A stretch of 64,000 nucleotides of DNA from Pelomyxa schiedti (GCA_020536535.1 JAHLWZ010000817.1:49827-113826); one strand, 5' to 3'. Counted from the first letter of the stretch, positions 38,158 through 52,964 are shown. Made by a program: numbers and translations. The notes: generated by a model from the letters alone, not told the origin.

Positions 38158-41100
38158 TTAGTCAAACTTGGTGTCAAATACCAGAGGGAGTAGTGAGAGC
38201 TTCCGCAGTGGCTCTGGAACACCATCGCGAAGGTAAGATTGGGCTTTGTCAAGGTAGAGCTGTTTGTTGGTTGGTAATTATCAAAAGAACCCAAAAAGGA
38301 TTGACCTTGACAATGCGGTCATCAATCTCCGCTAGCAAAGATTTTGCTACGCACACGCACTGCTCCAAATGGAATGACTCGTACATGTCAATAACAGACT
38401 CGATATCGGCCAAGTGTGGCTTCAGTTCGTCATATGCCCCGGTGCACGTGTCTATTTGGTACACACAAAGGGGGGTTGTCATCCCCTGTGGGCAGATATG
38501 ACCAACAAATCTGGAAGGCCGTTAGGAAGAAATGGCAATCGTAAAAGTTTTGGTGCCTTGATGTAATTCCACTGGCGTCGAGGGGTATCATGGAGCCCCT
38601 CATTTGTTCCCATTTGGACTCTTGTGTTAAGACCTTGTCTGTTGTGAGGATTTTGGCACTGAGAAGTTTTGTAAGATTCTCCAATCTATATGCACCAGTC
38701 AGAGGCGTTGGGCGATAATTATTTGATATTATTGATTCAAATACCTTGATGCGATGTTTACTGTTTTCGAAATGACAGTCACGTCCATTCTGTGAAAGGT
38801 GAGGAAGGGTCATGCAAATAATAAGTTCACCTATCATGATGTCCAACTGTACCCATCAGAACTGGTCCCTTGTGCAGGCCGATCCCAACTCGAAGCATTC
38901 CCTGTAAGAATCCTTCGGCATTTAATCTATCTACAGCAGCTTGGATATCAATAGCCGCCTTCAAGGCATCAGCCGGTGATCCAGGGAATATTGCTAGACA
39001 TCCATCACCAAGGAATTTATCTTGAAGAAATTAAAAACATCGTAAAGGAAAACTTCATACCAATGAAGCCATTGCGACGTTCTATAACTGGTCCTATTAC
39101 TGACAAATAGTGGTTGAGAGTTTGAAATAGTTCCTGGGAAGATAGGTCCTGAGAGATTGAGCAGAAGTCCCTGGTGGCCATAGCATTAGGCACAAGGAGG
39201 AAGGCTGCCTTCAAGGAACCTGATATCTACAAATAAAATTGTGATGTCACATTCTCGGGAGTCGCCTAGTTTCACTGTGGTGAAGTCCTTTTTCCCCAGT
39301 GTTTGCAAAAACGCTTGAGGCAAAAATCTTTGGTAACTCTTTTACAAGTGAGATACATGCGGCATGAAAGAAGAAAGACTTACAATATTGAGTGTGCGCA
39401 ACAAGTCCACATTAGAGCCTAACTGTTGGCCCACTCGGACAATCACTCTTGACATTTGCTGTGTTTTTGATTGTTCGTTTAATCATCGCTAATTTCGTAA
39501 CCCTCTACCTGAAGTTCGAGCAATTTATAATCAACGGGTATTTGATAGTAATTTCCGTGACCAATGCTATCGACAGTTGCCATGAGAGTTCCAAGTGGTT
39601 TAGAGAAGTGCACACTTATAGACTGCAAGTAAAATCAATAGGATTGTTTGGAACAGATAAAGGAAATACCCGTTTAAAGAGTACAGATACCACTAGCATC
39701 GAGACTAGCATTAAAACTAATGATCCCACCCCCACACCGATCCCAATTGTCATTGTTACTCTGCCCTCTGTTGCAATTTGATACAAACTGTCTTCAGCAA
39801 CAATGAACATGAGCAGCATTTGGGTGTTTTCGACTGTACTCCATGACACTACCTTGATTAAGCATTACACTTAAGGAAGGAAATACATGTCACACACCTT
39901 TCTTTCGCCAAAGAGATTCAAGTATCCGGTTCCGTTGTTTTCTGAGGATATCAAGGAGGCAAGTTCCTTGTAAGGGTTACCTGAGTATTTCACGGTTGAT
40001 TTCTTACTTGAGTATCATTTCGAAGGTAAACATTGAGATAGGAGGCTGCATAGAATGTGTCATCAGTGAAAATTTGCATGTCATCTCCCATGGATACGTG
40101 CCATTCCTCTGAACCCTGATCAGTGAGTGCCAAAATGGTTCCATCTGGTTTTGATAGAATTTACTACTTCCATGAGATGGAGAGTAGAAAAACCATAGGT
40201 GAGTAAAATGGGGTATCCTTCCCATGGAACAGCTACTGACAGAATAAATTCTTGTACTTGGGTTACAGTGACATCAATTCCGGCAACCTATTTAGTGTTT
40301 AACTTCTTACAGGTCAGTGCATTCACTAACTCCCAATAGAGAGCCGGAATCATCATATATAGGGGCTACGGAAGATGTCATCCAGCCTAATTTAAATGAG
40401 CTTGGGCTTTCGTACATTTGAAGTTGACACAACCTCCCATAGCGAGATCGTTGTAAAGGGGGATCCATCTTGTTTCTTGGGCAGGATTATTTTCTAGGGG
40501 TACTATTTTAAGATGAGTTTTTGTCTCTGTCATGTGAAGTGGAAACATTTGTAAACATCAAATTCACGAATATCCAAGTCATACGGCCAAATATAAGTGA
40601 AATTGGTGTAAGGATAAATTCTGCACAAATTTGTTGATGTCACTATCCATATCTAAGGGTGTTGAGTGACGGAAGAACATTCCAAGAAAACTCCAACCTG
40701 CAACATCCCCGGAAATGTGTTATACAAGTTGTGGAGATGGGAATCCAAAGCCCCTGATCTCCAGACCCAAAATTCTGCATAGGGTGTCAACACGTTACAA
40801 GTTAAACAGAGAAGAACGGTACCGATTTCATCGAAGGTCAAGTTTCTGGGTTCCTGCATCGGGTGAGCAACAATGCTAAAACAAAACTAATTACTAGTAG
40901 CATCCAAGCAACATCTCCTCCACCATAATCCCATAAGGCACCGTACCTGTTAGTGTGCATTGGCGGGGGGGGAAAAAAAATTCCCGACTTACCAAGTGTA
41001 TGGGGGGTCATTATCACTATAGCCATAAGCAGCCAGCTCTTTGGCCGGTGGTGTACGAGGTTCCGAAAATGCTAGAATCGATTCGCGTCTGAATTAAAGT

Positions 41101-41585
41101 TAGGACTGATCGTTCCTTTCCACGAAACAGTTCGGCTAGAACCTCAATACTTGTGTGGCAAGTGAAAAAGGTGAGAGCAGGGAATCAATTTCATTTGCCG
41201 CACACAAACAGCTATCCCCAAGAAACTCCTCAGCAAGGGATTTCATGTAGCTTGTTTGTTGGGCGTAGGTCTGCAGATTGTAAGATTGTGTAATTGGGAA
41301 ACATTGATGTACCTGAGAAATTGCCACACCGCCAGATACTACCACAGCACATGTGACAATGAGCAAAGGAATCATAATTAAAAATACAAACAACAACGTC
41401 ATCCACCTGCGATTAAACAATCAACCCTGGCCCGTGGGAAAAAAAGTCTGAAGCTGACAAGCATACAATTTTGCAGGGATCCTTTTTTTCAGTAGCCCTA
41501 GCTGGGAAACATCAGAAGATGATGAAGCACTCGACCCTGCCGAACTCCGCCTCATCTCGGGCACCATTTCGACGGATGTGTCCAT
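38158..41585 (-). CDS. Membrane-bound class III adenylate/guanylate cyclase with extracellular sensor region
   Basis: N-terminal TM helix and second TM (IGIGVGVGSLVLMLVS); catalytic ITILFVDIRDF..DKFLGDGCLAIF..RVGIGLHKGPVLMGTVG..RMDVTVISKTVNIASRLE. Confidence 0.85.
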
Positions 41586-41812
41586 TTCTTATCCCCTTCG
41601 AAGCCGTACCACCGCAATATTTTTGTGTTTCGTTTTTTTTTATGTCCGTTGTTGTTTTTTGAACTCGTCTCGCAAGTGACGGTCCGTGTCGGGATTTCCA
41701 CTGCACACGAATATACAAATTCGTCTAACAACTAAGGAAAATGAACCGAAAATCCAAAATTAACCTTCCTTAATACGTAGTAACGCACAATCAACAAACC
41801 ACCCCAAAAACA

Positions 41813-42745
41813 TCAAGATCTGGTTTTGAGTGCGGTGAGAGCTGCGAGTGTGGCTGCTTCTGTTTGTTCCTTTGTACTTGCAGGGTCAATGAGGATTGCC
41901 CAGTCTGAGGCAGAAACTGGTTCGGGCCGAGGCACTGTGGGTGACATGAATGTGAGGGAGCTTGAAATAATGAGTAGTGAGTGAACCTGTGGGGACTCCC
42001 CAGGAGAATGATTTGTGGTTGCCACAGTCGCCGGAGGCACCGCCACTTCTCACTATCGGGAGAACCTGCATTGTTACATTGGTGGGGAGTAAGGGCAACA
42101 AACAAACCGCTTTGCCATTTCCCAATGCGCGAGTTATTTCATCAACACAACCTGGACCCCCACCGATGGAAATATCTGTTGGATGTGTGTTAAACCGCGG
42201 CTAAAAAAGATGTCATATATAACACACAAACGTCGCATAGTGCAGCCAGTATAGCTCTCCTATCTGCCATATCGTCGCCATAGAAAAGTGTTGTTTCGAT
42301 TGGAGTATTGTCACCTGTCCCCATTCCTTTTGATTGTCGGGGCAAAATATGCCACACTCTATTGCCGGGCACAGGAGAACGCGCAGATAATGCGGAAACA
42401 AATACATGTGCGAAATTAGCAGGAACACCGGGGGTACCTTGACAGCGAAAAAAAAGTGAGGTGGAGAAATAAATGTCGGCTAGCTTATTACCTCCAGTAA
42501 CTAATACAAAACTATCATCTGCAGAAAAAGCAGTGGCGACATGCTCCGCTATTCCTCTGGTGATTCTTGCAATGGTTTAGAGACGAAAAAACAACAAAGA
42601 ATAATAATCCAAAAAAAAAAGAATAAAATAAGATGTACTCGGGTTTCATATCCGAAGTGTCACCAAGCACACCTACACGAAAACCACGCGGAAGTTCGCC
42701 ATTTGCCTCACCAGCTTCCCTTCGTCTTATCTCCTCCCTACTCAT
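41813..42745 (-). CDS. SLOG/LOG-superfamily Rossmann-fold protein (putative nucleotide-binding)
   Basis: N-terminal RVGVLG strand; DISIGGGPGCVDEITRALGNGKAVCLL resembles the SLOG 'GGxGTxxE...GKPV' motif. Confidence 0.5.
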
Positions 42746-42961
42746 TCCCTGTCGTTCGGTGCTTGCGTTTCGTTATACTGAAGAGTACGAGGAATAGCAA
42801 CGAAAACCCCTTGAGAGCTATAACAAAAGTTTAAATTTCGGTGTTGATCGAGATACCATCATTTACATATCGATTCTCCAAAAAAGTCGTTTGCCGGCTT
42901 AGTACAAAAAAAAATACAACAAAAAACACCAAAAAAAACATAGCATCACGGCAACCTGGCA

Positions 42962-45900
42962 ATGGCGTCTGGTGCAGGGAGATCTGGTGTACTGAAGTGG
43001 TCAATTCCGGCGCCGATTGCTCCTCACTTGTCTAAATTTTTGGCTGCGAACGCACCGTTGCTCGTTGGAAAGGAGTCAAAATCGGATGGCGAAAAACTAT
43101 TGTTTCTAGCTTCTAGCTGCCCAATGCCACAGTACGGTTTTTTTCAATTGTCCAAAAACAAAAAAAAAAAATTAAAACAATAATGTAAACGTACGTGTTA
43201 TAGGGGGCAAGAGGCAGCAATTCAGTTGTTTTGTATATTGGCGTCAGACCCAACAAATGGTGATGCTGTGAGAATGTCTGGGGGTCTCGCTGAATTGGTT
43301 CACCTAGCATCCCCATTTAATGAAAACACGCATTCCCTTCATCCAGCAGTTGCTGCTTTGATGATGGTAGCACAAAATGAAACCAATCAAGAAATTATAG
43401 CCAACTCCCCAGGTGCGCGCAACATTCGGCTGCAACCCACGTTAACGTTACTAGGCTTCCCACAAATTGTTAAGTTACTTGATTTTCTTGTTGGTACCCC
43501 ACTAGACAATGTTCTGGGGATCGTGTTGGCTTTGTCTACCAAAAAATACATTCCAATTCTTAACCGTCATGGGGTCTATAAGGCAATTGTGAATGTTCTC
43601 AATTCTGTCAAGCTCTCATCTGAAGGAACTGATACGTGGAACAACGCTAAGGTTTCACAACTCTACTTCTTTAATCCTTATATTCATAGAATTGCATTAT
43701 CATACTTTCACGACTACCAAAATTCGGAGCATCAAATGCATTCGTCGGTTCAGGAGCAGTTGAGGCTCTGTTCGAAGTTTCAACCACACCCACCGTACTG
43801 GCTGAAACAGCAATAGCCGTTTTGAACTCTCTAACTTCAGCTGAAGAAGGGAGAGGTAGAACGGCTGTGTTTCTTTATTAAGTTTACCTCTCGTAGAGGC
43901 TATTTTGGAATCTGGTCTGTACACTAAACTTGCAGATCAATTGGAGATTCAAGACAAGCCAGATGTGATCATCAAAATTTTGAAGGTTATAATTTATATC
44001 TCTTTATTTCGCTTAGAAAATAATAGTTTCTGGCCAATTTAACTGTTGATCCTGATGGTGCTAAGAAAGTAGGAACACGTAATGTGATTAGAAGCACCAT
44101 AGATGTGGTAAGTGTGATTGAATGTTGAAGGAGGGACTCATGTTGTTGACAGCTCAGGGCTTACCCTCCAACCCATCCCGTAATAGTTCAAGCCATTAAA
44201 CTTCTCGTGCATATCATGATAGATGAGGTATGTTTGCATTCAGAAGTCAGGGATTGATCCTCGCCAGGACAATTTCAAAATATTCCGCAAGTACGATGGC
44301 TGTGACCAGTTGGAACCCATTATCCCCCAAGTAACAGATCCTCAAGGCCAGGAGTGCTTATCAGCACTGTTGAGCAACTTATTGATGGATGGTACTTGAT
44401 ACTAAGCAGTGAACCTTCAATTTATTCTTCACAGATTCTTTGGAAGAGTGCATCGTTGAGAGTGGACTTGTGAAGCATATGGCCACCTTTCTAGCATCAC
44501 CGAATCCAAGAGTCGCGTTTCATGCTGCCCGTGGAATTGCAAATCTAACCACTGTGAATGGCACGCGACTAAAGTAAAAATATGGAATAATTCTCCTTCA
44601 GATAGCTATCGAATACTCTTGTATGATTCTGGAGTGGTGCCTATTCTGCAAAACATGGTAACAGACACCAGTTCACCCATTGAACTTCAAGTACAGGCGT
44701 TGAGGGCAATGACAAATCTTGCTCTTTGCTGTATGCTCCTTCTACTTCTCCGAGTTGGAATAAAATAACACAGATACACGTGCCCCAGAGCTTCTATCAA
44801 ACAAACAACTGCTACCAAAGCTTATGTCCTTTTTTGCATCAAACGACCCTAAGATGAGGGCAAGTGTTGCCTCAGTTTTTTCGAACCTTACATTTCATGG
44901 TATATTCATCATTTATCCCCATGATAGTTATTATCTCCAGATAAAACAAGGCCCCAAATTGTTGAACAAATTGGGCCAAAGCCTATCGTTCAATTACTCA
45001 AAATGCCTGACAAAGAAACTAAATTGGGTGCTTTAAAAGTTCTTGGAAATATGATGACTGACAGTAGTATTCCCAATCCGTGTGCAATTATGAACTTGAT
45101 ACAGGTAGAACAAGGCGATGGACCAATGAAAACAAAATGGAACTTGCACCATTAACCTCTTTGGAAAAAGTTCCTGATTCTGATATTCAGGCGCAAGTAA
45201 TCTCCAATTCATATTCCTTGCTGTCATTTCTCAATTCTGTCTGTAGTTAGCATTTATCTCGAATATTAGAAAACTACCTGGTGAGCCTCTTGCACCAAAA
45301 CCTGCCACAAATACAACTCTTGGAAGGACAGGGTCCCCATATGGTTCCCCCAAAACGACTATCTCTCCACCTAAGGGTACCACTGCAACAAAGCAACCCA
45401 CTTATCCCACCAGCGGCTCACCTGTAGTCACACCCATTAAACAACCCACTTTTACCCAGAAAGTAACCCCCACACCAACCACCCCGCCACCTACAACCCA
45501 CACACCTGTAACCCCCTCACAAACAACCCACACACCTGCAACCCCTTCACAAACAACCCATACACCTGCAACCCCCTCACCTACAACCCCAACGACACCA
45601 AAGATTTCCCCATCTCAAACACCCATAAAGACCACCACACACATGGACACCAAGCCGCCCAGTTCAATACCTGAAGTTAAATCTGTAAACACCACACCTA
45701 CATCGAGCCCAAAAACATATCCTCCCAGTAGTAAAGCCGGCAACACAGCCAATCTCATTTCTCGATTCTCACCTGCTCCTAAACAAGACTCACCAGCAAA
45801 ACCGGCTTGGACTGCAAAGCCAAAGCAACCCGACTCCACGCATTCTATTCCTAAAGTCACTGAAGCGAATACTACCCAAGGTACCCCCAAGGAAAATGAT

Positions 45901-48900
45901 CAACACCCCCCAAGTAAAAGTACCACTTCAGATGGTACACATGTAGAAACACCAAAAGCAACCGTAGAGCCGCACAATATAGCTTTAGATGGTGGTAAAA
46001 CAGCTGCAGCACCACCCAAAACACCTGTAGACACACCTAAAGGGGTCACGGTAACCCCCAAGACTACCACAGAACTAAAAGCAGTGGACACCTCTAAGGT
46101 GATCCCAGAGGCACCCAAGACAGTTGCAGAACCACCTAAGGTTGTAGAACCGACCAAAGCAGCAGTGGAAGCACCCAAGGCAAGCATAACACCCAAGCCT
46201 ATCGTGGACACCACTAAGACATCTGTGACCACACCCAAGAGCACAGACACCCCCAAGCCAACCACAAGTACTCCCAAGCCTTCTGTTGACATACCCAAAC
46301 AACAGGACCCACCAAAGCAAATAACAGTAGAGCCTCACAAGCTACTTTCAGACACTTCTAATTCTGTTACTGAAAAACCACAACCATCTCCGTCAACAAA
46401 ACCCATTCCAGCAAATCAAAAACTACCAACACACCAACCCGCCGTAGAAGTACCCCATCATGAAGGAGTGACACCAAAACCTGTTTCAGAACCTGCTAAA
46501 CCCGTGATAGATACAACTAAACCTGTGACAAGTCAACCAACAATTACACCTAAGCATGACCCGGAAACACCCAAAAATGAAATTGCAGCCCCACTCAAAC
46601 CTACAGAACCGCCTAAGCCAGTTACAACCCCTCAAAAACATACTGAAACAGTCAAACCAGCTGTGGATACGCACAAACCTTCAGTAGAACCAGAAGCAAA
46701 GCCACAACCACCCAAGCAAGTGGCAGTTGAAGGTAAGGAATCAACAGGCCAAACATACACTCATTGTGCGTCAACAAAAAGCTAAAGTGCACTTAGGGCC
46801 CCACCCAGACTCACATGTTGTTGCCACAAAGCCAAAAGATACTACCGGGGAAATTACTCCAGCAAATCATCCTGTGCAACCTGTAAAAACTGAAGCAACT
46901 GTGGGCAAGCCAACACATACATCAGAAAGTGATAAACGTAAAATCAGTGTGGACTCCAGCACTCCAGGCCATCAAAATTCCGCCGAAGTGCCAGTCCCAG
47001 TTAAAGAAACTAATAGCGTTGAGGAAAGATCATCAAGTAACACTGTGTCTGAGCGTACTGACGGGACAAAATTGGGTCTCAATTATGCCTGTGCTGAACC
47101 AACAATTGAGACAGGAACACCTGATGTTTCAGTTTCCCCAGATACCCTGGAAGATAATTCAGAAAACTTCACTGAGGTTACTTTCACAGATAATAGACTT
47201 TTACTAATTCCACCCAGGACGAAATGGAGGATTCTAGACGTGATCTAGAAGAGCAAGCACGAATGCAACTCGAAGAAGAAGCCCAAAGGCTCATGCTAGA
47301 GGCTGCTCGTGCTGCTGCTGAAGAAGAAGAATTGTATGTAACTCTCGAAGACTGAAAGTAACACCTTTCAGAATGGCAGCTGAGAAGAAGCGACAGAAAG
47401 AGGAAAAAAAAGAAATCAAGCGGCAAAAAAAGAGAGCACTTGAGGCAGCGTAGGACTCCCAAAAAGAAAATATCAAAAAAGAATACTCATAAGAAAAAGG
47501 CTCAAGGCAGAGCAAGAGAAATTGCGACTTCAGAAGGAGGAAGAAGAAAAGCAGGCTCAAGTGAAACAGCTTATGGTAGAGCGAGAAAAATCCTTGGAGA
47601 AATTGAGAGTTGATGGTTAATAGTAACTCTTCATCATTGTATACTAACACATCACAGCTGAGCTACAGGCACAACAACAAGAAAGAGAGAGACAAAGAAA
47701 ACAGGAACTGCGTGCCAAGCAGAAACAACTACGAGAACAGCGCCGTCTGGAGAAGGAGCGGTATAAGCCCCCGCTAAGAGTGATCAACTAATCGAAACAG
47801 TCTTGCCCAAGAGGAGGCACAGAGAAAAATACAAGAAGCAGAAGAAAAATTACGTAAAATGGAGGAAGAACGAGAATTGGAGAAGAAAGCTTCTGAAGGT
47901 AAAGATCGTACCCAAATTTTTTCCAACACTATTAGCCCGGGAAGCCGAAAAAGAACGCCGCAGACAAGAAAGAGAGGCCGAAAAAGTTGCAGAAAGGGAA
48001 CGGCGCAGACAAGAAATGGAAGCTGAAAAAGCTGCACTGCAGAGGGCAAAAGAGGCAGAGAACGCCGCAAGAGAAGAGGCTTCAGGAAAATCTGAGCCAA
48101 CTCCTGAACAAATTGAAGAGCAAAGGCAAGCTGCAGCCCTTGCAGAGAAGAAAGCTGCGGAGGAGAAACAAAAAGCGGCCGCTGCTCATCAGAAGTTCTT
48201 AGTATCCTCACAATCTTTCACTAATTAAAATTAGGCGCACTCTGATATCAAAAGAACTGCTTACAACTGAGCAATCTTATGTAACAGGCCTTCATAGACT
48301 TGTGTGGGATTACCAGCGGAATTTGCAGGCTGGGAGCTCTGGGTCCAACCCCATCATTACCAAGGAAGAAATTAAGGCAATCTTCAGTGACGCAGAGATT
48401 ATTCTCAACTTCCACACGGTTCTGCTTGAAGATCTTGCTGCAAGAATCAAGGTTTTCTATTTTTGAAGCCAAGGGCTTTGTCTAAACAAACAAAAAAAAA
48501 CAGGTTTGGGATGAAAATACCCAAATTGGAGATGTGTTCTTGGGAATGTTACCTTTCCTCAAGTGCTATGTTGACTACATTAACAACTATGACAACTGCC
48601 TTGCCACCCTTAACAGATTACAGTGTGTTCTTTTTTTGTGTAGTTTCTCTCCCTTGAGGTAACAAGTTTGAAATCAGGAAGTCTAATAAGAAATTCGCCA
48701 AGTTTGTGCACCGCGTGGAATCCACCAAGAAGGACCTCCCTCTTCTTGCCACTCTCATTTTCCCTATCCAAAGAATACCTCGTTATCAACTTCTTTTGAC
48801 TGATTTGTTACGGCACACAAGTTCAACACATCCTGATCATGAGAATTTGGAGAAATCCCTTGAGGCAGTAAAGAAGACTGGAGACTACCTCAATGAAAAG

Positions 48901-49654
48901 AAAAGGAGAGCAGAATCTCTTACCAAGATGCAAGAAATACAGGAATCCGTCTACGGCAAAGATATTCCACATTTTGCTGAACCTCACAGGTTAAATCCTT
49001 TTCTTTCCTTCCTTTTTTAAATGCTTTTTCGTAGAATGTTTGTCAGAGAAGGTTTTGCCAAACTTGTCGATACCAGACTCCATCCCGCTGTGCTTCATTT
49101 ATGTAATGATATGCTCATAATCTCTCGGCTGAAAGGGAAATTAAAATACCAGTTTGTCAAATCCGTCATGCTGGATCAGCTTACTTTGTTCGTTCAGGTA
49201 ATTCTTAACATGTTTTGGGTCAGTGTGTCATTAACAGCCAAAAAAGGTTGGGGGAGCTGAAATCAACAAGCGCTGTGACGCCGACCTTTGCTTACAAATC
49301 TGGGACCGCTCAACAGACACCTCAGTTCTCATCCTCACAGCAGATGCAGCATCCAAACAAGGGTGGCAACTAGCCATCTTCGCAGCAATCGATGCGTGGA
49401 ACAACAGAACGCCGGTGGGGCTAGGTTCCCTCACAGCATCACCGAATGGCAGCATGACAATAGCCGCCGGCCCGCACGCCTCACTCCGCGACCTCAAGAA
49501 CCCCCCGGACAACAAGCCCACACTCACAGCACACCAGAGCCTCATGAACATCAGCCACGCCGTATGCACCGGAGAAGTACTTCAGAAGGCCACCCTGGGG
49601 CACCGCGTGAGGCCTCTCAGCACATCAGCCGCCGTCCACACCACAAAATTCTAA
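42962..49654 (+). CDS. Large RhoGEF: armadillo repeats, P/T/K-rich linker, charged coiled coil, DH-PH
   Basis: ARM-like units (GVVPILQNMV..QALRAMTNLA; VASVFSNLT); DH motifs IKELLTTEQSYVTGL..IFSDAEIILNFHTVLL..IGDVFL..FLKCYVDYINNYD..LIFPIQRIPRYQLLLTDLLRHT..HPDHENL; PH ending KQGWQLAIFAAI. Confidence 0.8.
45481..45590 (+). repeat. 30-bp tandem repeat (~3.7 copies) encoding TPSQTTHTPA-like decapeptide
   Basis: Units ACCCCCTCACAAACAACCCACACACCTGCA starting at 45481, 45511, 45541 and (partial) 45571. Confidence 0.85.
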
Positions 49655-49799
49655 ATGTATCTATCCTCCTTTGTACGTACAATACACTTTTTTTTTTTTT
49701 TTGTTTGAAGGCACTCCCCTGCACCAACCACTTTCGTCTGGCAACGAGATTGCGGTGCAAGCGATAAAGATCAAACAAAAAAAAAAAAAAACCAAAGGG

Positions 49800-52700
49800 A
49801 TGGACTCCGGGAAGCCGAAGTCCAAAGGGGGACGACAACAGGGCAAGAGCAAACGGGGCAAAGGGAACAAGCACAAACCTACGCCGCAGGCACCACAGCA
49901 GAGATCTGAGGGCACAGAACAAACCAGCGGAGTGAAACCCACACCGAACACTGATGTCGCAAAACCGGTAGTAGAGGAACCACAGGGGTCTACTACAACT
50001 GCAACTACTGAACAAACACAGACTGATGTGCCACTGTTGGACCGGTTTCATCTTTGCATTCCTCCTTTTTTGTTGTCTTACGGCATTCTGTTCTAGGGTA
50101 TCAGCTGGTCACAGAAGCTCGCGTTATGTCCCCGAGGCGGATCAATCAGATCCCTCCAATTGGATGGATGTCTCTGATCTCTTAGTCAAGTCTGCTGAAG
50201 GTATCCCTCCTTAACAGATGTGTGGTTTGCAGTAATTTTATGAGAGCGCCTTATTCTTAGAAATGGAACTTGGAGAAATGCTACATATACGTGATTTCGA
50301 TTTACACGAAGCCATGTCTGCAGTAGACGTACATATTCTTCTATCACTATCTTCTACAAATGACATGCTAAGATGATGGATGCCAAAATGGACCCTGGCT
50401 TCAAGGCTTCGACAATACTCACCTATGATGAACGAATAATGTTGGGGTTACTCCCTTCCTCATCGACATTGACGGAAATTGAAGTCCTTGGTATTATGGA
50501 CAAACTTTTGGCTTGTGAGGTTACATACATTTAATATTTATTCCGCACCCACACCTGGCAGGTTGCTTGGTATGATGGCCAACCCTTGACACACACAGTG
50601 TACACCTGTTTGTATCTGCACAACATAGATAAAGTGACTCACCCCTGGCTTGGACCATACATTAAACTACTCATTAAAACTATTGATATGATACGCAAGT
50701 TTGTAATAGACGCAGCTGTATATGAGGTGGCATTTCCATCGACATCATAAAACATTTATTAACATAGAATAGGAAGAAGATTTCAGTTGTTCACTTCCTG
50801 GTTTTGGTGTTCTTGACATTGTGACCCCTGATGTTGGGGCTAAAATTGCGATGGACTCTGTGAATGACTTGACAAATTTCATTAAAGAACTTGCCCCAAA
50901 TCATGCAAATAAACCCATTTTGGATGCCATTTTATCACGTCTCAAACTACGGAAGGTGCAAACCCAATTTGTTCTTTTCCTCTGCTCACGTGCAAATGGT
51001 TTGATGAAGGCCATTTTCCTTGCTTACAAAAGTGTTACGACCAATACATTTGGAGAGGCTTACAAACAAATTAAGCAAGCATTTGACTTACTTCCAAGCA
51101 TTAAGTAGATGCACACCTTGGGAATAAAAAGTTACTTACTTTTACAGACAAACGTGCAATATCGGACAAACAATTCCAGATGGAACTTTTGAACCTCAAA
51201 TCGCTAAAAGGCTTCCCATGCCCGTCCCTGTAAGGCATATAACGTTAGGCTCATCTGAAGGGGTAAGTTTAACTTTCTTCCTTCCCATTTTCAATCTGCA
51301 AAGGCAGTTGATTTTTTGACAAGACAAATTTCGGATATTTTGAAAATTAATTCGATACCTTCTGTTATTAATTTTCAGGGATTGTGCGCATAAGCCTCCC
51401 CCTTCCTCAGAAATTGGAACTGACATTTTTACAGGCTTCATTTTGCATGCCAGCTCTCACAAACAAATCCAGGCATTATACCTCGATCTTGGCTGCTGGT
51501 CCTTTTCCAACGTCGTTTCTTCCCTCTTATTTCCTTTGCAGCATACAGTTGCTTGCAGAGATCAGGTGTACTCTCGAACCAAAATGCAATTTGCTAGAGA
51601 CACTGTTCTTGCCTTACCAACGCCTCCTAGTCGCGTAAATAACCCTAAGAGTGACACTTACTTTTATGACGTTGATGCTGTTGAGTTTTCTGCTTTTCTC
51701 CTTCCAAGATAACATACTAACAGTTGTGGTGTGAGACCATGCGCGTGATGCTATTCAATCAAGCACGCCAGAGAAGGCAGCTTTTAGGTCTTGCTTCTAA
51801 GTGGGAAGAGTGCCAAAACAAGGTAGGTCAGCGCAAAAAATTAATAGTTTCTCATACGTCACAGGCGCTCATCCTCGAGACCACCCTTTCCCCAGTTGAG
51901 GCTGTATGCGTGCAAGATTATATCCAACTTCGCTTTAACTATTTGTAGAAACCAGCACGCTATCTCCTATTTTATCTTGTTCAAGTAAAATTGCAAGTGT
52001 TAGTGCGATACCTTTTACTTGGATTTCCTCTTGAGTTGTATGAACCGCATGAGTACCTTATGATTTATTGGTATATTTTCCTCACAATGAACAACTAAAA
52101 GGGATGGAAATGATAACTAGAAATAGGTACGCTGACTATCTTTTCGATTTCCACCTGATGCAATACACTGAGTGCAGAAACCGGGCAGTAAGCGATACAA
52201 AAGAGGAGAGGTCAGAAAAAAGTAGGTGTTCAATCCTTTGTCCCAATAAACCTTACACGGCTCTAGTCAACAAAAAGAATAAAGGAAACAAAAAGAAGAA
52301 ACCTTCCAAAGTCAAGCCCCCGAATCTAACCATGTTGTATCTGACTCTGTGCTTGCATACCACAAGAGGCATCTTCAGAGTAAGAATTGCAACCTTTTTG
52401 ATGCGTTTGCTAACGGCTTTTAGTTCCTAGCAGCATTAAAGACAGCCCATATACTTTCCGACCGCCCATTCCCATTTGGGAGTGAACAATCTCGCTTCGA
52501 GCAACGTTTTCATGTGTTCTCAAAATTTTCATATCCCCCAAGAATAGAGTATTCGCAGTTCTGTAAAACCGCCAATTATTCAGCGTACTCTGTATGTCTC
52601 TCTCATCTTACTGGTACTAACGGGTAAAGGTAACGGATCTGCTTAAAGCAGCACAAGAAGCCTTTAATGTCGCAAGGAATACTCTCTCTTCTCTGCAGAC

Positions 52701-52964
52701 ACACTTAACTCATCACAACGCTAACGTGACCGACATTACCCAAATCCCCACTGAGGATATCCCCAAGTGGCAAAGAGTAAGTAGCTTTAGACTCACCTAG
52801 TGCGAAGATCTAATAGTTCCTCTCAGCTGCTTGTTACCAATGCTGTAAACGCTGACCTCTTGTCAAAACTAACTGACCTTGGTTCATGGCAGACAAGGCT
52901 TGGTAACCTGCACTTCGACTTCAATTTGAACCCATACTTCCCCACCATTACCTTCAAGCACTAA
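49800..52964 (+). CDS. NAA35: NatC auxiliary subunit NAA35 (Mak10)
   Basis: WMDVSDLL..MELGEMLHIRDFDLHEAMSAVD-MMDAKMDPG..LGIMDKLLACEVAWYDGQPLTHTVYTCLYLH..VYEEEDF..NQARQRRQL..LGFPLELYEPHEYLMIYWYADYL..FEQRFHVF. Confidence 0.92.

Noticed and set aside
45481-46720. Repeat array resembling CRISPR or a mobile element
   Set aside because: These are in-frame coding repeats of a P/T/K-rich linker, with no unique spacers, terminal repeats or transposase.
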